Source of the DNA: an uncultured Candidatus Saccharibacteria bacterium
Lineage (GTDB): Bacteria; Patescibacteriota; Minisyncoccia; UBA6257; 1-14-0-10-40-38
Assembly: GCA_964434715.1 (NCBI GenBank)
Contig: CAYSWC010000002.1
Span: 10,609 to 74,608 of the forward strand
Direction of reading: 5' to 3'
Length of the DNA: 64,000 nt
The notes below the pieces were generated by a model. The model did not search any database. It was given only the letters and a program-made list of their open reading frames with translations, and had not been told where the DNA came from. Positions within the stretch are counted from its first letter, which is position 1. Each line of letters starts with the position of its first letter. Made by a program: the position numbers and the translations under genes. Below are positions 15,780-26,771 of the stretch, piece by piece.

Positions 15780-18700
15780 CTAATAATCCCCCCTCCGATG
15801 ACCCCAGAAATCTGTCCATGCCCGGTAACCTGTATACCGTCCCCTGTCACCCTGACCCTCTCGATCGTTTTTGGTATAACCAGCACCGTGTTTATTTTTT
15901 TGTGTAGGCTGGGGCTCACCACCGCCACCACCGCCACCGCTTCCGCTTCCGCCGCCACTGCCGCCGCTTGCGCCACCACCTCCTCCACCCTTACTTCCAC
16001 CGCCGCCGTTTGATACTCCAGCCCCACTACCGGGTTTTGGTTGTTGGACGGTGGAAAAATTAAAGATCGCATCCGAATATCCATCGCCTGATATGTCGCC
16101 AGACAAATTTGGAGCAAAATCTCCAGGCCTTATGGGACCAAAATCCGAATGCCAAGATTCTATAGAATAAGGATTGTCCTTTGGTGCTGATGTTGACGAA
16201 TCTGAGTTTTGTATTTTTTGATAAATTCCTACAACCCCATTAATTATTCTTGCCCAAAATTCTCCACTACCACTGAGCATTGGAGCTTGTGGAGGGGTAT
16301 ATCGGGGAATTCCTAATATTGTATTCATACAATCCGTGATACATCTAATAAGACTATTTTTTTGTTCCCATGACAAATCATAGAACCGATATGCAAGAGG
16401 AGAAGCCATCGCCGCATATATATAAGGAGACGCCGCGGAGTAGGCCGCGGAGGAGACCAAATAGCTCACACCTACAACCATACCAACAACGCTTTCTTCA
16501 GTGGCAGCGATGGCGACAGGAGTGATGACGGCAGGAGTGAGGACGACAGGTGTGGCGAGAGCAACACTAAAAGCAGCTGCATCGGCAACAAGTGCTATTC
16601 CCATTAACACCTGTACAGATTCCTTTCCCCCGAGACCTCCATACTGTTCATTCAGATCGGCAGCGCTTCCAGGTTGGGCTCCAAATCTGACGCCTGAGCC
16701 TTGCAGAACGTCGGAAGCTAAGCTCAAACTTGCTTCAATATTGGACGCTACAACATCATCAAAGGCTCCCGGTAACGCTTTTGTAAAATTGTATCCGTAT
16801 TTGACATCCTCCCATCTGTCTGCCCACCAACCTAGACCGCTTGCATCTGTTACGTTGGCTGAATTATTCCCCACGTACTCATACAGTCCGAGGCTGCCGG
16901 CGGCGTAGCCGATGGGATCGCGCTCGATGAAGCGGCCGGTCGAAGGGTTGTAGTACCGGTTGCGGTAGTAGTAGAGGCCGGTTTCCGGATCCAGGCGCTG
17001 GCTGGTGAAGAGGAACGGATTGCCGACCGAGGAGGTCGTGGTGGCGGACGGATTGAAGTTAGCGTCGGTAAATTGAGGCGCGCCGTAGGCGTCGTAGGTC
17101 GTGCGCTCGACGATCGCCTGGGTGCTATCGGTCAACACCTCAGTCGAACCTAACGAATCATCGTGGTAGTAGAACGTCTGCCCGCCGCGGCCCATGGTCA
17201 AGCCAGGGACATATTGCGCGAGCACTGTTCCGGAACCATCACGCTCCTCGATCTCCTGCCAACCGTCCCACAAGAAACGAGTAGTGCCATTAAGACTTCC
17301 GGAGTTAGTCACAGTTTTGGTGGCGCGGCGATTGGGCGCGTCATAAGTGTAGACGGCAATCGGCAGACCGTCGGATTTGCGCGTGACCGAGATGAGGCGG
17401 TTCACGGCATCGTGGGAAAATAGGAGTGTCCCGTCGTCTGTCAGGTTGCCGTTGTCATCGTGCAGGTTGGACAGACCGCCGACCGTATCGTACTCGTTCA
17501 TGATGTTGGGGCTGTAGGTGGTCGTCACGGAGTCCTTGGTGATGAAGGTGCGGTTGCCGACGCCATCAAGGTTGTAGAGCGTTTGGGTGTCTGGTGTCGG
17601 GATCGTGCCCGCGCCTGTTTGAGTGCCGACTTGAAAGTTCATGAGACGATACTGGGAATCGTAGGTATAGGCCTCGCCTTTGGCGTCGACGCCGGCTGGC
17701 TCGTGAAGCCGATGCTCAAAGGTGCGCATGTTTTCACGATTATGGCCGTAGGTAAAATCAGCGATGGTCGCATCGCTAGCTGTTTCATGCCGATGTCGGA
17801 TGATACGCTGGATGCCGTCATAGCCCACATCCGCGCCGGCGTTATCCAAGTAGGTAAGCTTGGTGCCATTGGTAAGGGTGCGCTCAAGCAGCCGCCCGGG
17901 GCCGATGTAGCTGTAGCTGGTCACAGCACCGGGAATGGTCTTGAGCCGCTCCAGGGCGTCATACGTGTAGGTGAGCACCTTGGGTGATGGGTCGGGATAG
18001 GTCAATTGAATCCGGTTGCCCAAGCCGTCGTAGTCAGAGGTGATGACGCGGAAATCCTGCTGCTCTTCGAGCTGACGGGAAAGGGAGTCGTAGAGCTTGG
18101 TCACTATAGAATCATCCGTGCCGGAGGCGGGCGTATTGTTGTTAGTGGCTTTAGTCGGGCGGCTTAAGCCGTCGTATTCAAAAGTCTGGAGCGTGGTGCC
18201 GCCGATCACGGTGCCGGGAGTATGGGGAGGCACCTCGTTCCCGGCGCGCTGGATCACGGTTTGGATGCGGCGGTTCACGCCGTCATAGCTGTGGGTAAAG
18301 ACCGAATTGTTTTGATCAATGAGTTCACGAAGATTATGGTCGCGGTCGTAGAGATAGCGATTCTTGGTCAGGTCGGCGAAGGTCTCTCGAATTTTACGGT
18401 TGAGCGAATCGTACAAATAGTCCGTAACGTTGTTCTTGTCATCAGCAACGCTTTTGAGCCGGGAGTTATCGTCCCAGATAAAAGTTTCAGTAATCTTGCC
18501 ATCCGGATTGTCGGGGTTGGTGGTGTCGAGGTTGGACGGATCCACATTGGGATTTGCAGGGCCGTCGAGCGAGGGTGTGCCATCGCCGGTGCCGCCGATG
18601 CGGAGGTCTTCGATGCTTTTGACTCGCCGGTTGATGCCGTCGTAGAAATAGCGCATAGTGTTGCCGGAGCGGTTGATCAAACCGAGCTGTGAGTCGTTCA

Positions 18701-21700
18701 AGTCCACCGGCCCTTGGGCATCGCTCATCCAAGTCTGGTTGTCACGGCTGTCGTAGGCCATGCGGCGGGACTGTTTAAGGTTGTCGCTCGTGAAACGCAA
18801 GCGGTTCAGCGAATCGTAGCGATTGACGATCACAAAAGTCTCTGACAAAATAGACAAGTCATCGCCTCGGCGCTCGATGGTCGTCAGTTTCGTAACGTTG
18901 TGACTATTGTTATAGGCTGAACGGGTTTCGTTTTGGAGGGCGTCTACCGTGCGAAGCAACCGATCCACCCCATCGTATTCCATAGTCGCATCGTGGCTAT
19001 TGTCGTTTAAAGTACGCGTGAGCCGGCTCGTCCGGTCATACTCCATCACGGTCGTGCGCCGACCATCGGCCACCGGAATGGGCGGCCGCGTCGGCGACAC
19101 GCCGGTTGAGAGAAACCATTCGCCGTCCGCGCGGATGTGGCGGTTCAGTTCATCGTACTGGGAGGTCCCCCGCGCCAAATCCACATTGCTGGCGGTGGAG
19201 TTATCCGTTGGGCTTGGGCCTCCGATCCGCCCCCTCGCTTTGGAGGTTAACACATTGCTTGCCGGATCATGGGTCGTGATGGATTCATTGCCTACCGGAT
19301 CGAGCGTCTTGACCAGGCGATCGAAACCATCATAGGTAAAAAAAGTCTGTTCCTCGCCTCCCATCCCATCCGTATCCTCGGCGTCCCGCGCAAACTTCAC
19401 ATTTTTATTGCCGTCGTAGGTTATGCGGGTCGTCGCGGCCACGGCGAAGTCATTGGCGCCGGCGGTCGTGGTGAAGACCAGATCGCGTTCATCGTAGACG
19501 GTGTCATGGAAGTTGCCGACCGGTTGGATGGTGCGGATCTGGTTTTGGTTGGCGTCGTAGCGGTAGCCGGTCGTCAGGGTCTTGGTGGAACTGACTTCCT
19601 GCGTCATCTCGATTTGGTTATCCAGGATATCGTAGGCGTATGTCGTGGTGAGGATCGGATTGGTATCGGTGTCGCCGTCTTTATTCTGGACATCCACTTT
19701 CACTAAATTCTCGTTCCCGTCATAGAAATTCGTGACCTTGTAAGCAAAAGGAATAAGGCCGGCTTCCGAGCTTTGACTGACATCAGCCGCCCGAGTGGTT
19801 TGGACAGTCTGATTCAGCTGGTTCACGATGAAGTCGGTGCGGATGCGCCGTCCATCGAGTATGGAAATCACGTTCCCAACCGGATCGTACCGGTAGTCCA
19901 TTGGGATCGCGAGAGCGACGGCGTCAAAATTATCATCGCTCGTGGTATCGGACACTGTCTGCCCAAGATAGCCGCCCAGCTCGTCCGGTGTATCGACGCT
20001 GGGAGGAATGCCGCCCGCGCCGCTCGGGTTTGACTCCGGGTAATACTTATATTCGTCGCGGCTCTTATCCGGATCAATCCGAAAAAGCATTTGTCCGCGC
20101 GAATTGTAGCCCGTGAGGGAAAAAATTTCCTGGGTGGTGTCGCCTTCAAGACCAGCCTGCTGGGAACCGGGCACCAAATGCACGGTTGGCGAGTCAACGC
20201 GCACAACATTGCCCTGCGTCTGGTCGGTCAAGCCATCGTTATTCAAGTCCCCCAAGTTTAACAAAACCCCGGCGGCAGTGAGCAAGGCCTGCACCTCCGG
20301 CACCGTGATCCCCAGCTCAAGAGCCAAGGCCGCTTCATTAGCCCCTTCCTGATAATCAAAAGTGAAACGGGTAGTATAGCGATCAGGCCCGGTAATGCCG
20401 GGATCAATCGGCGGCACAAAACTTGGATCATTGCCGCGCGCATCAGTCACGCTCTTCATCTGATTGAAAATCGGTTCATAGCTATAGCTGGTCAGGAGAT
20501 CATTAATGGGCGCGCCCAAGCCGTCCCCGCCGCGCGGCCCAGCCGCCCTCCGGATCTCGAGCAGGTTGCCCTGCTGAAAACGATTGGGGTTTAGGGTGTC
20601 GTAGAGGTAGCGGACTTCATTAGCTTCCGGAGGAGTCACTCGAGTCCGCTTGCCATCGGCATTATAGCCGTAGGTAGTTGTAAAGACATCCGGGTCCTCG
20701 GGCCGAAGTTTCGGAATTTGGGGAAATAAAGGGTCCACCGACGGAATCTGACTGCACAAGGTCTCGCGGTCCAGAGCCGGATCCAGTCGGCCGGTGAACT
20801 CGTGGTAGCTCACGGTGGCGCCAAGGATATTTTCTTCATAGGCGGCGACATTACCCTTGCGGTCAATGACCGTGGTGCGGTTGCGTAGGATGGCAAGGTC
20901 GGTCGGGTCGGCGCCGGGGTTAAGCTCTTGGTAGCAGTAGGTTACCCGACCGCCGGCCGGGGGAAGGCCGCGCGAGGCCGCGGCGTCATTCAAGCCTCCG
21001 TAGGTTTGCGTGAGCAGTTTGTCAAACTCAAACGGGATGGCCGGATTAGTCCCATAGACGTTCACCAAGGCCGGCGGTCCCTGCGGCTCACGAGCAACCT
21101 CGTTGGGCTCGGTGACGGTAAGAAGATTATGATTCAACTCCGGGTCTAAGCTGGCTCCGGAGCTATAAGTGTATCTCATCTCTTTGCCATTGGGAAAATC
21201 GTTGCCATTGGGCGTGCCAGTCACGCTGGGAGAAGTGACCATCACCAGATCTCCGTCAGGCAGACTGTAGGCGAATCGCACCTTCCGACCGAGGAAATCG
21301 GTAATCTGAATCAAATGTTCAAACTCATCATAGTCAAAGGTGATTTCTCGATTAAGAGTATCCCGGACTTTTTTCAACAGCCAGTGGAGGTTGTATATAA
21401 AGGTAAGGGCGTTACCGTTCCGGTCTTCAATCCGGGTTAAAAAGGCGCGGTTGAATCGGTCAACGACGTCGGTAAAATGATAGGTCAGCCCGTCCGGTTC
21501 CCTAAGAAAAAACCCTCCGCTTGACTTCTTCGCCAACTGACTGTAAAGGCCGGCCGGGGAGGTAAAAGAACCATTCGGCTGTTTAAGAAAAAGGTCTTTC
21601 CGTCCCAGGCCGTCAAGGACAAAGATGTTGCCTGTTGGAGTCTCGGTGCAGCAGTCAAGCTCTTGGTTCAGCCGCCTGTTGTAATTAAAGTCCCAGTTAT

Positions 21701-22082
21701 GACCTATGGGGCCGTTATAAGTCGCTTGGGATTTATAGGTTCGTTCAAACCGAAACGGCATCCCCCGGCCTGGAATAACCAGATCAACGACCCGCGCCAC
21801 AAACTGGCCCGCGGTGAGATACGCATCGTCAACGTGATCAGCTCCTTGGCCTTGATCAAAGCCCTGGCCTTCAACCGTCGCTAGTTTTTGACCCTTGGGA
21901 TAGCCTTTGGTTTCTTCCCAGTTCGCTCTGACGTGGTCGCCGGGTCCTTTGAAACAGGACAGGATGGGGCCGGCGCCCGGCGGTCTCGCGCCTAACGCCG
22001 CCCAGGCAATATGAAACACAAGAGTCGCGCTCCCCGCGATGAGCAAAGCCAAAATACAGATTGATACCTTATAAGTTTTCAT
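15780..22082 (-). CDS. RHS/YD-repeat polymorphic toxin (2100 aa) with Sec signal peptide
   Basis: Signal peptide [29 protein letters not shown]. Dozens of YD repeats (YxYDxxGNxxx). Core-terminating motif [43 protein letters not shown], then a 349-aa C-terminal region. Confidence 0.9.
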   Translation of the reverse strand: MKTYKVSICILALLIAGSATLVFHIAWAALGARPPGAGPILSCFKGPGDHVRANWEETKGYPKGQKLATVEGQGFDQGQGADHVDDAYLTAGQFVARVVDLVIPGRGMPFRFERTYKSQATYNGPIGHNWDFNYNRRLNQELDCCTETPTGNIFVLDGLGRKDLFLKQPNGSFTSPAGLYSQLAKKSSGGFFLREPDGLTYHFTDVVDRFNRAFLTRIEDRNGNALTFIYNLHWLLKKVRDTLNREITFDYDEFEHLIQITDFLGRKVRFAYSLPDGDLVMVTSPSVTGTPNGNDFPNGKEMRYTYSSGASLDPELNHNLLTVTEPNEVAREPQGPPALVNVYGTNPAIPFEFDKLLTQTYGGLNDAAASRGLPPAGGRVTYCYQELNPGADPTDLAILRNRTTVIDRKGNVAAYEENILGATVSYHEFTGRLDPALDRETLCSQIPSVDPLFPQIPKLRPEDPDVFTTTYGYNADGKRTRVTPPEANEVRYLYDTLNPNRFQQGNLLEIRRAAGPRGGDGLGAPINDLLTSYSYEPIFNQMKSVTDARGNDPSFVPPIDPGITGPDRYTTRFTFDYQEGANEAALALELGITVPEVQALLTAAGVLLNLGDLNNDGLTDQTQGNVVRVDSPTVHLVPGSQQAGLEGDTTQEIFSLTGYNSRGQMLFRIDPDKSRDEYKYYPESNPSGAGGIPPSVDTPDELGGYLGQTVSDTTSDDNFDAVALAIPMDYRYDPVGNVISILDGRRIRTDFIVNQLNQTVQTTRAADVSQSSEAGLIPFAYKVTNFYDGNENLVKVDVQNKDGDTDTNPILTTTYAYDILDNQIEMTQEVSSTKTLTTGYRYDANQNQIRTIQPVGNFHDTVYDERDLVFTTTAGANDFAVAATTRITYDGNKNVKFARDAEDTDGMGGEEQTFFTYDGFDRLVKTLDPVGNESITTHDPASNVLTSKARGRIGGPSPTDNSTASNVDLARGTSQYDELNRHIRADGEWFLSTGVSPTRPPIPVADGRRTTVMEYDRTSRLTRTLNDNSHDATMEYDGVDRLLRTVDALQNETRSAYNNSHNVTKLTTIERRGDDLSILSETFVIVNRYDSLNRLRFTSDNLKQSRRMAYDSRDNQTWMSDAQGPVDLNDSQLGLINRSGNTMRYFYDGINRRVKSIEDLRIGGTGDGTPSLDGPANPNVDPSNLDTTNPDNPDGKITETFIWDDNSRLKSVADDKNNVTDYLYDSLNRKIRETFADLTKNRYLYDRDHNLRELIDQNNSVFTHSYDGVNRRIQTVIQRAGNEVPPHTPGTVIGGTTLQTFEYDGLSRPTKATNNNTPASGTDDSIVTKLYDSLSRQLEEQQDFRVITSDYDGLGNRIQLTYPDPSPKVLTYTYDALERLKTIPGAVTSYSYIGPGRLLERTLTNGTKLTYLDNAGADVGYDGIQRIIRHRHETASDATIADFTYGHNRENMRTFEHRLHEPAGVDAKGEAYTYDSQYRLMNFQVGTQTGAGTIPTPDTQTLYNLDGVGNRTFITKDSVTTTYSPNIMNEYDTVGGLSNLHDDNGNLTDDGTLLFSHDAVNRLISVTRKSDGLPIAVYTYDAPNRRATKTVTNSGSLNGTTRFLWDGWQEIEERDGSGTVLAQYVPGLTMGRGGQTFYYHDDSLGSTEVLTDSTQAIVERTTYDAYGAPQFTDANFNPSATTTSSVGNPFLFTSQRLDPETGLYYYRNRYYNPSTGRFIERDPIGYAAGSLGLYEYVGNNSANVTDASGLGWWADRWEDVKYGYNFTKALPGAFDDVVASNIEASLSLASDVLQGSGVRFGAQPGSAADLNEQYGGLGGKESVQVLMGIALVADAAAFSVALATPVVLTPAVITPVAIAATEESVVGMVVGVSYLVSSAAYSAASPYIYAAMASPLAYRFYDLSWEQKNSLIRCITDCMNTILGIPRYTPPQAPMLSGSGEFWARIINGVVGIYQKIQNSDSSTSAPKDNPYSIESWHSDFGPIRPGDFAPNLSGDISGDGYSDAIFNFSTVQQPKPGSGAGVSNGGGGSKGGGGGGASGGSGGGSGSGGGGGGGEPQPTQKNKHGAGYTKNDREGQGDRGRYTGYRAWTDFWGHRRGDY
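15783..16829 (-). other. RHS C-terminal variable (toxin) region
   Basis: Lies after the DASGLG core boundary. Contains two long hydrophobic stretches ([38 protein letters not shown] and [29 protein letters not shown]), a [10 protein letters not shown] motif, a roughly 30-aa Gly/Ser tract and a basic tail. The DNA is visibly more AT-rich than the RHS core. Confidence 0.6.
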
Positions 22083-22148
22083 GTTCTAAGAGTATTCTCG
22101 TTTTGTTCAGATAGCAAGCCAAGTATCTCTTTTTGAGCCGATGGGCAG

Positions 22149-22216
22149 CCCCATACCGGAAACTTCGTTTCGGTACGGGGTAAAAATCGAACTGCCGTCC
22201 ATGGTTTACCCCGTAC
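22149..22216 (-). promoter_or_regulatory. two mutually exclusive hairpins in the RHS upstream leader
   Basis: Hairpin 1: 22173-22184 gtacggggtaaa pairs with 22205-22216 tttaccccgtac (12 bp). Hairpin 2: 22149-22163 pairs with 22167-22180 (about 14 bp, one mismatch). Both use cggtacgggg at 22171-22180. Confidence 0.3.
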
Positions 22217-22458
22217 AACAATTTGCCTATTATCTGGAGCGCCTTTTGGTTAAAATCCGAACTTTTTTTGACGAAAATCCGGATTGCGAATTTTGATTGC
22301 CGCGCTTCGCGCGGCAGAGCAGAAAACTTTTCCGCTCGGGCGGGGCGGGAAGAAAAAGGAATTGGGGAGAAAGGAATTCCCGCCCGCCCTCGCTTTTTTG
22401 CCGCCGCGATTTTTCGTGCCAGCGAAGCTGGCGCACCGCCTATAAATTTACAACTAAA

Positions 22459-23178
22459 CTATCTTATGGTTGCATATTGAAAATGCATCGCGTCAGGATT
22501 ACCTACCCACCTACCACCCCATACAAAACCAACATCCTCAAAGCATTTCGCTAAATCATCGTTCATCTCAAAATTTTTCTGTCCAAACTGATTCCATTTT
22601 ATATTTAAATCAATAGCAATTCCCCAAGAATGCATTGACCATGTATTTCCGCCACGCATTAAACGTTTATTTAAACAACCGCCAAAAGTTTTAATTTTTT
22701 CAGCCAAATTTCTATCCACCACATTTTTAAAAGCCATTTGAAATTTTGGTGCAACAATTCTGTGACAAGTAAAACCAAACCAATCTTTATGAGAAAAAGC
22801 AAAATCTTTCGGTGTTAGCCAGTCCCAGTACACATGACCTAATTTATCACTAAAAGCAGATAAATCACATCTAATAATATTCTGTTCGTCCCAACCAGCT
22901 AATTGATGGTTTCCAAAAACCTCAAAACAACGACCCTGTGATGGCGGATTATCTAAAGAAATAGGTTTCGGAATTTCCTCTTGAAATAACGAACCCCAAG
23001 TTTGATTACCAACTACTCCATCTGCATGTAGCCCTTTATCTTTTTGGTACTTTATAACCGCTGCTTCTGTTTTTGGCCCGAATACGCCGTCTACCAAACC
23101 CACATTATATCCAATTTCTGATAATTTTTGCTGTAATTTTTTTACTAATTGTCCTTGAGAATTTTTTTGTAGCATCAT
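22459..23178 (-). CDS. peptidoglycan-binding domain + M15-family peptidase (endolysin-like)
   Basis: N-terminal PG_binding_1 pattern LQQKLSEIGYNVGLVDGVFGPKTEAAVIKYQKDKGLHADGVVG. C-terminal HSWGIAIDLN...DAMHFQ, typical of the M15 (VanY/peptidase_M15_4) zinc site. Confidence 0.75.
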   Translation of the reverse strand: MMLQKNSQGQLVKKLQQKLSEIGYNVGLVDGVFGPKTEAAVIKYQKDKGLHADGVVGNQTWGSLFQEEIPKPISLDNPPSQGRCFEVFGNHQLAGWDEQNIIRCDLSAFSDKLGHVYWDWLTPKDFAFSHKDWFGFTCHRIVAPKFQMAFKNVVDRNLAEKIKTFGGCLNKRLMRGGNTWSMHSWGIAIDLNIKWNQFGQKNFEMNDDLAKCFEDVGFVWGGRWVGNPDAMHFQYATIR

Positions 23179-23193
23179 AAAAATTTATAAAAC

Positions 23194-24375
23194 TTAAATT
23201 GCTAATTTTTGTTGATCGGCCATTGCCAAATTTCGAATATCAATTTTCTCAATCTTGATTTCAGACATTGCTTCTGTTCTTCCATTTTTATGAATTATAA
23301 ACAGGTACTCTTTATTAGCCCCATTTTTTTCGTTAATCCATTCATTTGTCGTTCTAGTAATTGTTGCCATTACATTCTTTTTATAATCCATTTCAATAAT
23401 GGAAACTTTCTTCTTTAAATTCTTTAGAATTTCTTTTATTGCTTGCAGGGTAGCCCTGCCATTATTGTTATAAGACAGAACTGCATGTTTTGCCGGCGTA
23501 TTTTTTATCAATCTTTCTATAGCTTCAATAACTATGTATTGTCCTTCGTCATTTTTTCTGAATTCTTCAAAAATGGAACCTGAAATTGTATCGCCTACAT
23601 CCTCCCGCCGATTCGCTACCCCAACCAGTTTTGGTTTATCATTCAAGCAAATTGTTTTCCAAATATGATAATAAGAAGCATATCTTACCCGAGAAGGCGG
23701 CATTAATTCGTTTGAAGAACCATAGGGCGGATCAAAATACGCTAAATCAACTTCAATATTATTTACTAAATCAAAAATATCTTTTTGATAAACTTTATGT
23801 GGTTTATCGTCAATAATCAAACGAGGCACTTCCATTTTCATTGTATTGTAAGCACGGGGAGCCCATTTTTTCAAATACGAAACTTGATGACCAACGGAAC
23901 TATCAACTTTATCCATCGCTATAATCAAACTGGTAAGCAATACCGATTTTTCAATTTCATCCTTTGTGATTTTATCAATTTTTTCTCTTATCGCGTCGAG
24001 TTTTTTTGTATTATGTAATTGCCAAATTCTTTTTCTGCCGTCCTTTTGCATAGCAGAACCGTCGTTCGGCTCGCCGCCATAATTTTCAGAAAACCAGCCG
24101 TATTTCCCGGACAAATTATTTAGATGATCTATAAGCGGCAAATAATAACTTGCTGGTTTTCTGTTCAATAAATAACATTCGCCGAATACTTTAGACCAAT
24201 CGGCAATATCGTTAGCATAGACAGTATAACCGGCTTGCTTTAACGCTTGGGAAACTCTTGTCGTGCCAGAAAAACCATCTAAAACCGTTTTTACTTTGAG
24301 CGGCTTTAACAATTCTAATAAAACAGGAAGTATTTCCCTTTTAGAGCCAGTATATTTTATACCCTGTGTTTCCAT
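23194..24375 (-). CDS. N6-adenine DNA methyltransferase, D12 (Dam-like) class
   Basis: N-terminal KYTGSKREIL, SAM motif LDGFSGTTRV and catalytic DPPY (AYFDPPYGS). Confidence 0.8.
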   Translation of the reverse strand: METQGIKYTGSKREILPVLLELLKPLKVKTVLDGFSGTTRVSQALKQAGYTVYANDIADWSKVFGECYLLNRKPASYYLPLIDHLNNLSGKYGWFSENYGGEPNDGSAMQKDGRKRIWQLHNTKKLDAIREKIDKITKDEIEKSVLLTSLIIAMDKVDSSVGHQVSYLKKWAPRAYNTMKMEVPRLIIDDKPHKVYQKDIFDLVNNIEVDLAYFDPPYGSSNELMPPSRVRYASYYHIWKTICLNDKPKLVGVANRREDVGDTISGSIFEEFRKNDEGQYIVIEAIERLIKNTPAKHAVLSYNNNGRATLQAIKEILKNLKKKVSIIEMDYKKNVMATITRTTNEWINEKNGANKEYLFIIHKNGRTEAMSEIKIEKIDIRNLAMADQQKLAI

Positions 24376-24433
24376 AAGCTAAAACCACTAGATTGTCTTC
24401 TAGCATCATTTTAGCATTTTTAATTCGTTTGGT

Positions 24434-25252
24434 CTATTTAGAGGGAGTGAAAAAATACTGGAGTATCTTTTCGTGAGTATCCTTGCGAGAAACGAGGATT
24501 TTGGCGATTAAAGTAATGAGTGGCTCGTTGATTTTATAGCCACCGGCGAGCAGTTCTTTAAAAAATGGTTCGGCGTTTTCTGTATGTGTCCACATTCCGC
24601 GTTGCAAAGCATTAGCTTTTGCGTCGCCATATCTAACCTCAAAGATATAATCGCCCTTATTATCAAAAAATTTATAAATAGGAAATGTCTTTTTTCTACC
24701 AATTTTGCGGGGCGGTAAAAATTTTATCTTTTTAACAGAGGAATATGCTTTCTGTAAATCAAAAACTATTACTTTAAACCTCATCTCTTTCTCGTTATAA
24801 ATCAGCGGTAAAACATTTACAGAGCCGAAATCCTTAAAGCATTTATTGCCTAAAATTTCTTTTATTTTAACGACATCATTTGTTCCCCGTTTGCCAATTT
24901 CTTTTTGTAAAAGAGAAAACATTGACCCGTCTTTATTGGTGGAAAGTTGAAGCGGGCCAAATCCATAAGTTTTAATGCTAATTGGGATTTCTTCTTTTGT
25001 GCTGGTTTCGGTAATTCTTATATCTTCTTCAAATTCTTTCGCGCGAAATTTTTCTTTGCCGGTATGTTTTGCTGAATAACCACTAACATATTGATTGATG
25101 TATTCAGTGAGAGCAATTTCCGCAAGATCGCCGTGCGTTTTATTTCCGATAATTCTCATTGAGAAAACATTGCCTAAAACACTAAAAATCATCGGGTCTT
25201 TACCGCTGAAACTCTCTACAAACTTTTTTAGAAATTTATTAAATGATGACAT
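24434..25252 (-). CDS. hypothetical protein, candidate type II restriction endonuclease
   Basis: Immediately upstream of the methyltransferase on the same strand, in an AT-rich segment. Possible PD-(D/E)XK-like EEDIRI...PISIKTYG. Start moved to ATG 25252 because the ORF-track start at 25285 lies inside tRNA-Thr. Confidence 0.4.
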   Translation of the reverse strand: MSSFNKFLKKFVESFSGKDPMIFSVLGNVFSMRIIGNKTHGDLAEIALTEYINQYVSGYSAKHTGKEKFRAKEFEEDIRITETSTKEEIPISIKTYGFGPLQLSTNKDGSMFSLLQKEIGKRGTNDVVKIKEILGNKCFKDFGSVNVLPLIYNEKEMRFKVIVFDLQKAYSSVKKIKFLPPRKIGRKKTFPIYKFFDNKGDYIFEVRYGDAKANALQRGMWTHTENAEPFFKELLAGGYKINEPLITLIAKILVSRKDTHEKILQYFFTPSK

Positions 25253-25260
25253 ATTATCTA

Positions 25261-25332
25261 AGCCGAAGGTGGGATTCGAACCCACGACCTACGGTTTACG
25301 AAACCGTTGCTCTGCCGCTGAGCTACTTCGGC
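25261..25332 (-). tRNA. tRNA-Thr (anticodon CGT)
   Basis: Minus strand GCCGAAG-TA-GCTC-AGCGGCA-GAGC-A-ACGGT-TTCGTAA-ACCGT-AGGTC-GTGGG-TTCGAAT-CCCAC-CTTCGGC-T. All stems pair perfectly. Confidence 0.85.
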
Positions 25333-25419
25333 GCCTTCTTAGCAAAAAGGTGCTGGGCTGCCACTGCCGCCCCGATTGTAGTCGGGGCGGGAGCTACTCC
25401 GGCACGATACTTAAATTTA

Positions 25420-25764
25420 TCAGAAAAACAACGCAGAAACAAATCCAAGAGTTCCGAATATAAAGCCGATTAGCGCTCCTTTGGTTGGCAGTTGTCCGAA
25501 AAGAGTATAAGCAAGAATTGGTTCAATTATCAAAATCGAGGTTATGGAGACGACGCTCACGATCCAAATATTTCTAAACGATTTGATGCCCAGCATATAA
25601 CCGGCAATCAAAAATCCGCCGCCGATGATTATGATTAAAAATAACTTCAAAAATATCTGGATAAAAGGTGAGCTGCTAGTTGAGTAATTTCTGGCCGCCA
25701 CCATTTCGGCATAGATAGCCGTAGCCTCGCCTAAAAAAATCAAAATAATGGTTAAAATTTTCAT
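25420..25764 (-). CDS. small four-TM membrane protein
   Basis: 114 aa, almost entirely hydrophobic helices. No recognised motif. Confidence 0.5.
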   Translation of the reverse strand: MKILTIILIFLGEATAIYAEMVAARNYSTSSSPFIQIFLKLFLIIIIGGGFLIAGYMLGIKSFRNIWIVSVVSITSILIIEPILAYTLFGQLPTKGALIGFIFGTLGFVSALFF

Positions 25765-25770
25765 ATTTTA

Positions 25771-25841
25771 AGCGGGCGACGAGAATTGAACTCGCGTCTC
25801 TTGCTTGGGAAGCAAGTATAATGCCACTATACTACGCCCGC
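25771..25841 (-). tRNA. tRNA-Gly (anticodon CCC)
   Basis: Minus strand GCGGGCG...CTTGC-TTCCCAA-GCAAG...GCGAG-TTCAATT-CTCGT-CGCCCGC-T. Acceptor, anticodon and T stems all pair. Confidence 0.85.
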
Positions 25842-25878
25842 AGTCTACTATAAGTCATACTCATTGTCAGCGTCATAG

Positions 25879-26469
25879 TTATTGAATCGTTACCTTCCCA
25901 TCTTTCCATTCTAAATTCGGCGCAAAGATAACAACCTTAGCTTCTTGGCGGGCGCGGGTAAGCCATTCTCCTAAATTTGCTTTCTCGGTAAAAAGCCGGC
26001 CTTCGAGGATCTCCCGCCGCGCTTGGGGCACGAGCACTGTTTCCTTAAATTCTTCTAAAGTAAGATCGTAAAGCGTGGCCACGCCCTGCCGGAAATCCGG
26101 ACTGTTTAAGTTCAAACTGCTGACTTTGTTCCTAACAATACTCTCGGTTTCTTTGCCAAGCCGGCTTTTTAACTCTTTATAAACTAGGACATCTTCAACT
26201 AATTTATCAAGAGTCGCCCGCCGAATCTCAACTAATGCCTCCGGCATTTGAACCAACTCACGCGCCGGCACTTCGGCTTTCAAAAGTTGATCATAATAAT
26301 GATAAGCGCTGGCTAAAACTTCTTCATAGCTCCGGGCGCCGATAATTCTGGAATTAACAACCGCAATCGGATAAAAACCCGCTTGGACAAAATAAAAAAA
26401 CGTGAGTCCAGCCGCTATCATAATTATTAAAATGACGAAAAATTTTTGGGATTTTATAAATCTATTCAC
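25879..26469 (-). CDS. membrane-anchored SurA-N/PpiD-like chaperone-domain protein
   Basis: N-terminal TM, then a helical region resembling the SurA N-terminal domain. The assignment is weak. Confidence 0.35.
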   Translation of the reverse strand: MNRFIKSQKFFVILIIMIAAGLTFFYFVQAGFYPIAVVNSRIIGARSYEEVLASAYHYYDQLLKAEVPARELVQMPEALVEIRRATLDKLVEDVLVYKELKSRLGKETESIVRNKVSSLNLNSPDFRQGVATLYDLTLEEFKETVLVPQARREILEGRLFTEKANLGEWLTRARQEAKVVIFAPNLEWKDGKVTIQ

Positions 26470-26475
26470 ACTGGT

Positions 26476-26751
26476 TTATTCCCCTTCTTTGGGAACAATA
26501 ATAATCAATTTTTCCCCGGGTTTGCGGTAATTAAAAAGACTTTTTAACTCTTTAACCAGATTGTCGAAATTGGAAAAATACCCTAAATCGGCTGTAAGTT
26601 TCTCGTTCTCGGCTTTAAGCGCCTCGGTTTGAGCGCCAACTTCCTCCGCTTTTTGCGATAAGCTCGCCCGCTGATTCCAAAGCCCGTAAAGCTGAATGCC
26701 CAAGAAAACAATCAAAACCAGCAAAATCAAAGATAAAATTAGCCGCATCAA
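26476..26751 (-). CDS. septum formation initiator (FtsB/DivIC-like)
   Basis: 91 aa with one TM followed by a coiled coil (QKAEEVGAQTEALKAENEKLTADL). Confidence 0.5.
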   Translation of the reverse strand: MMRLILSLILLVLIVFLGIQLYGLWNQRASLSQKAEEVGAQTEALKAENEKLTADLGYFSNFDNLVKELKSLFNYRKPGEKLIIIVPKEGE

Positions 26752-26771
26752 TATCTATAATAATCTTTTCT

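Noticed and set aside
15728-21884. Many 60-175-aa ORFs on both strands inside the RHS gene, for example 15728-16117, 17460-17987, 18222-18692 and 19269-19706.
   Set aside because: They are typical spurious open frames in GC-rich DNA. All are nested in the uninterrupted 2100-codon YD-repeat frame.
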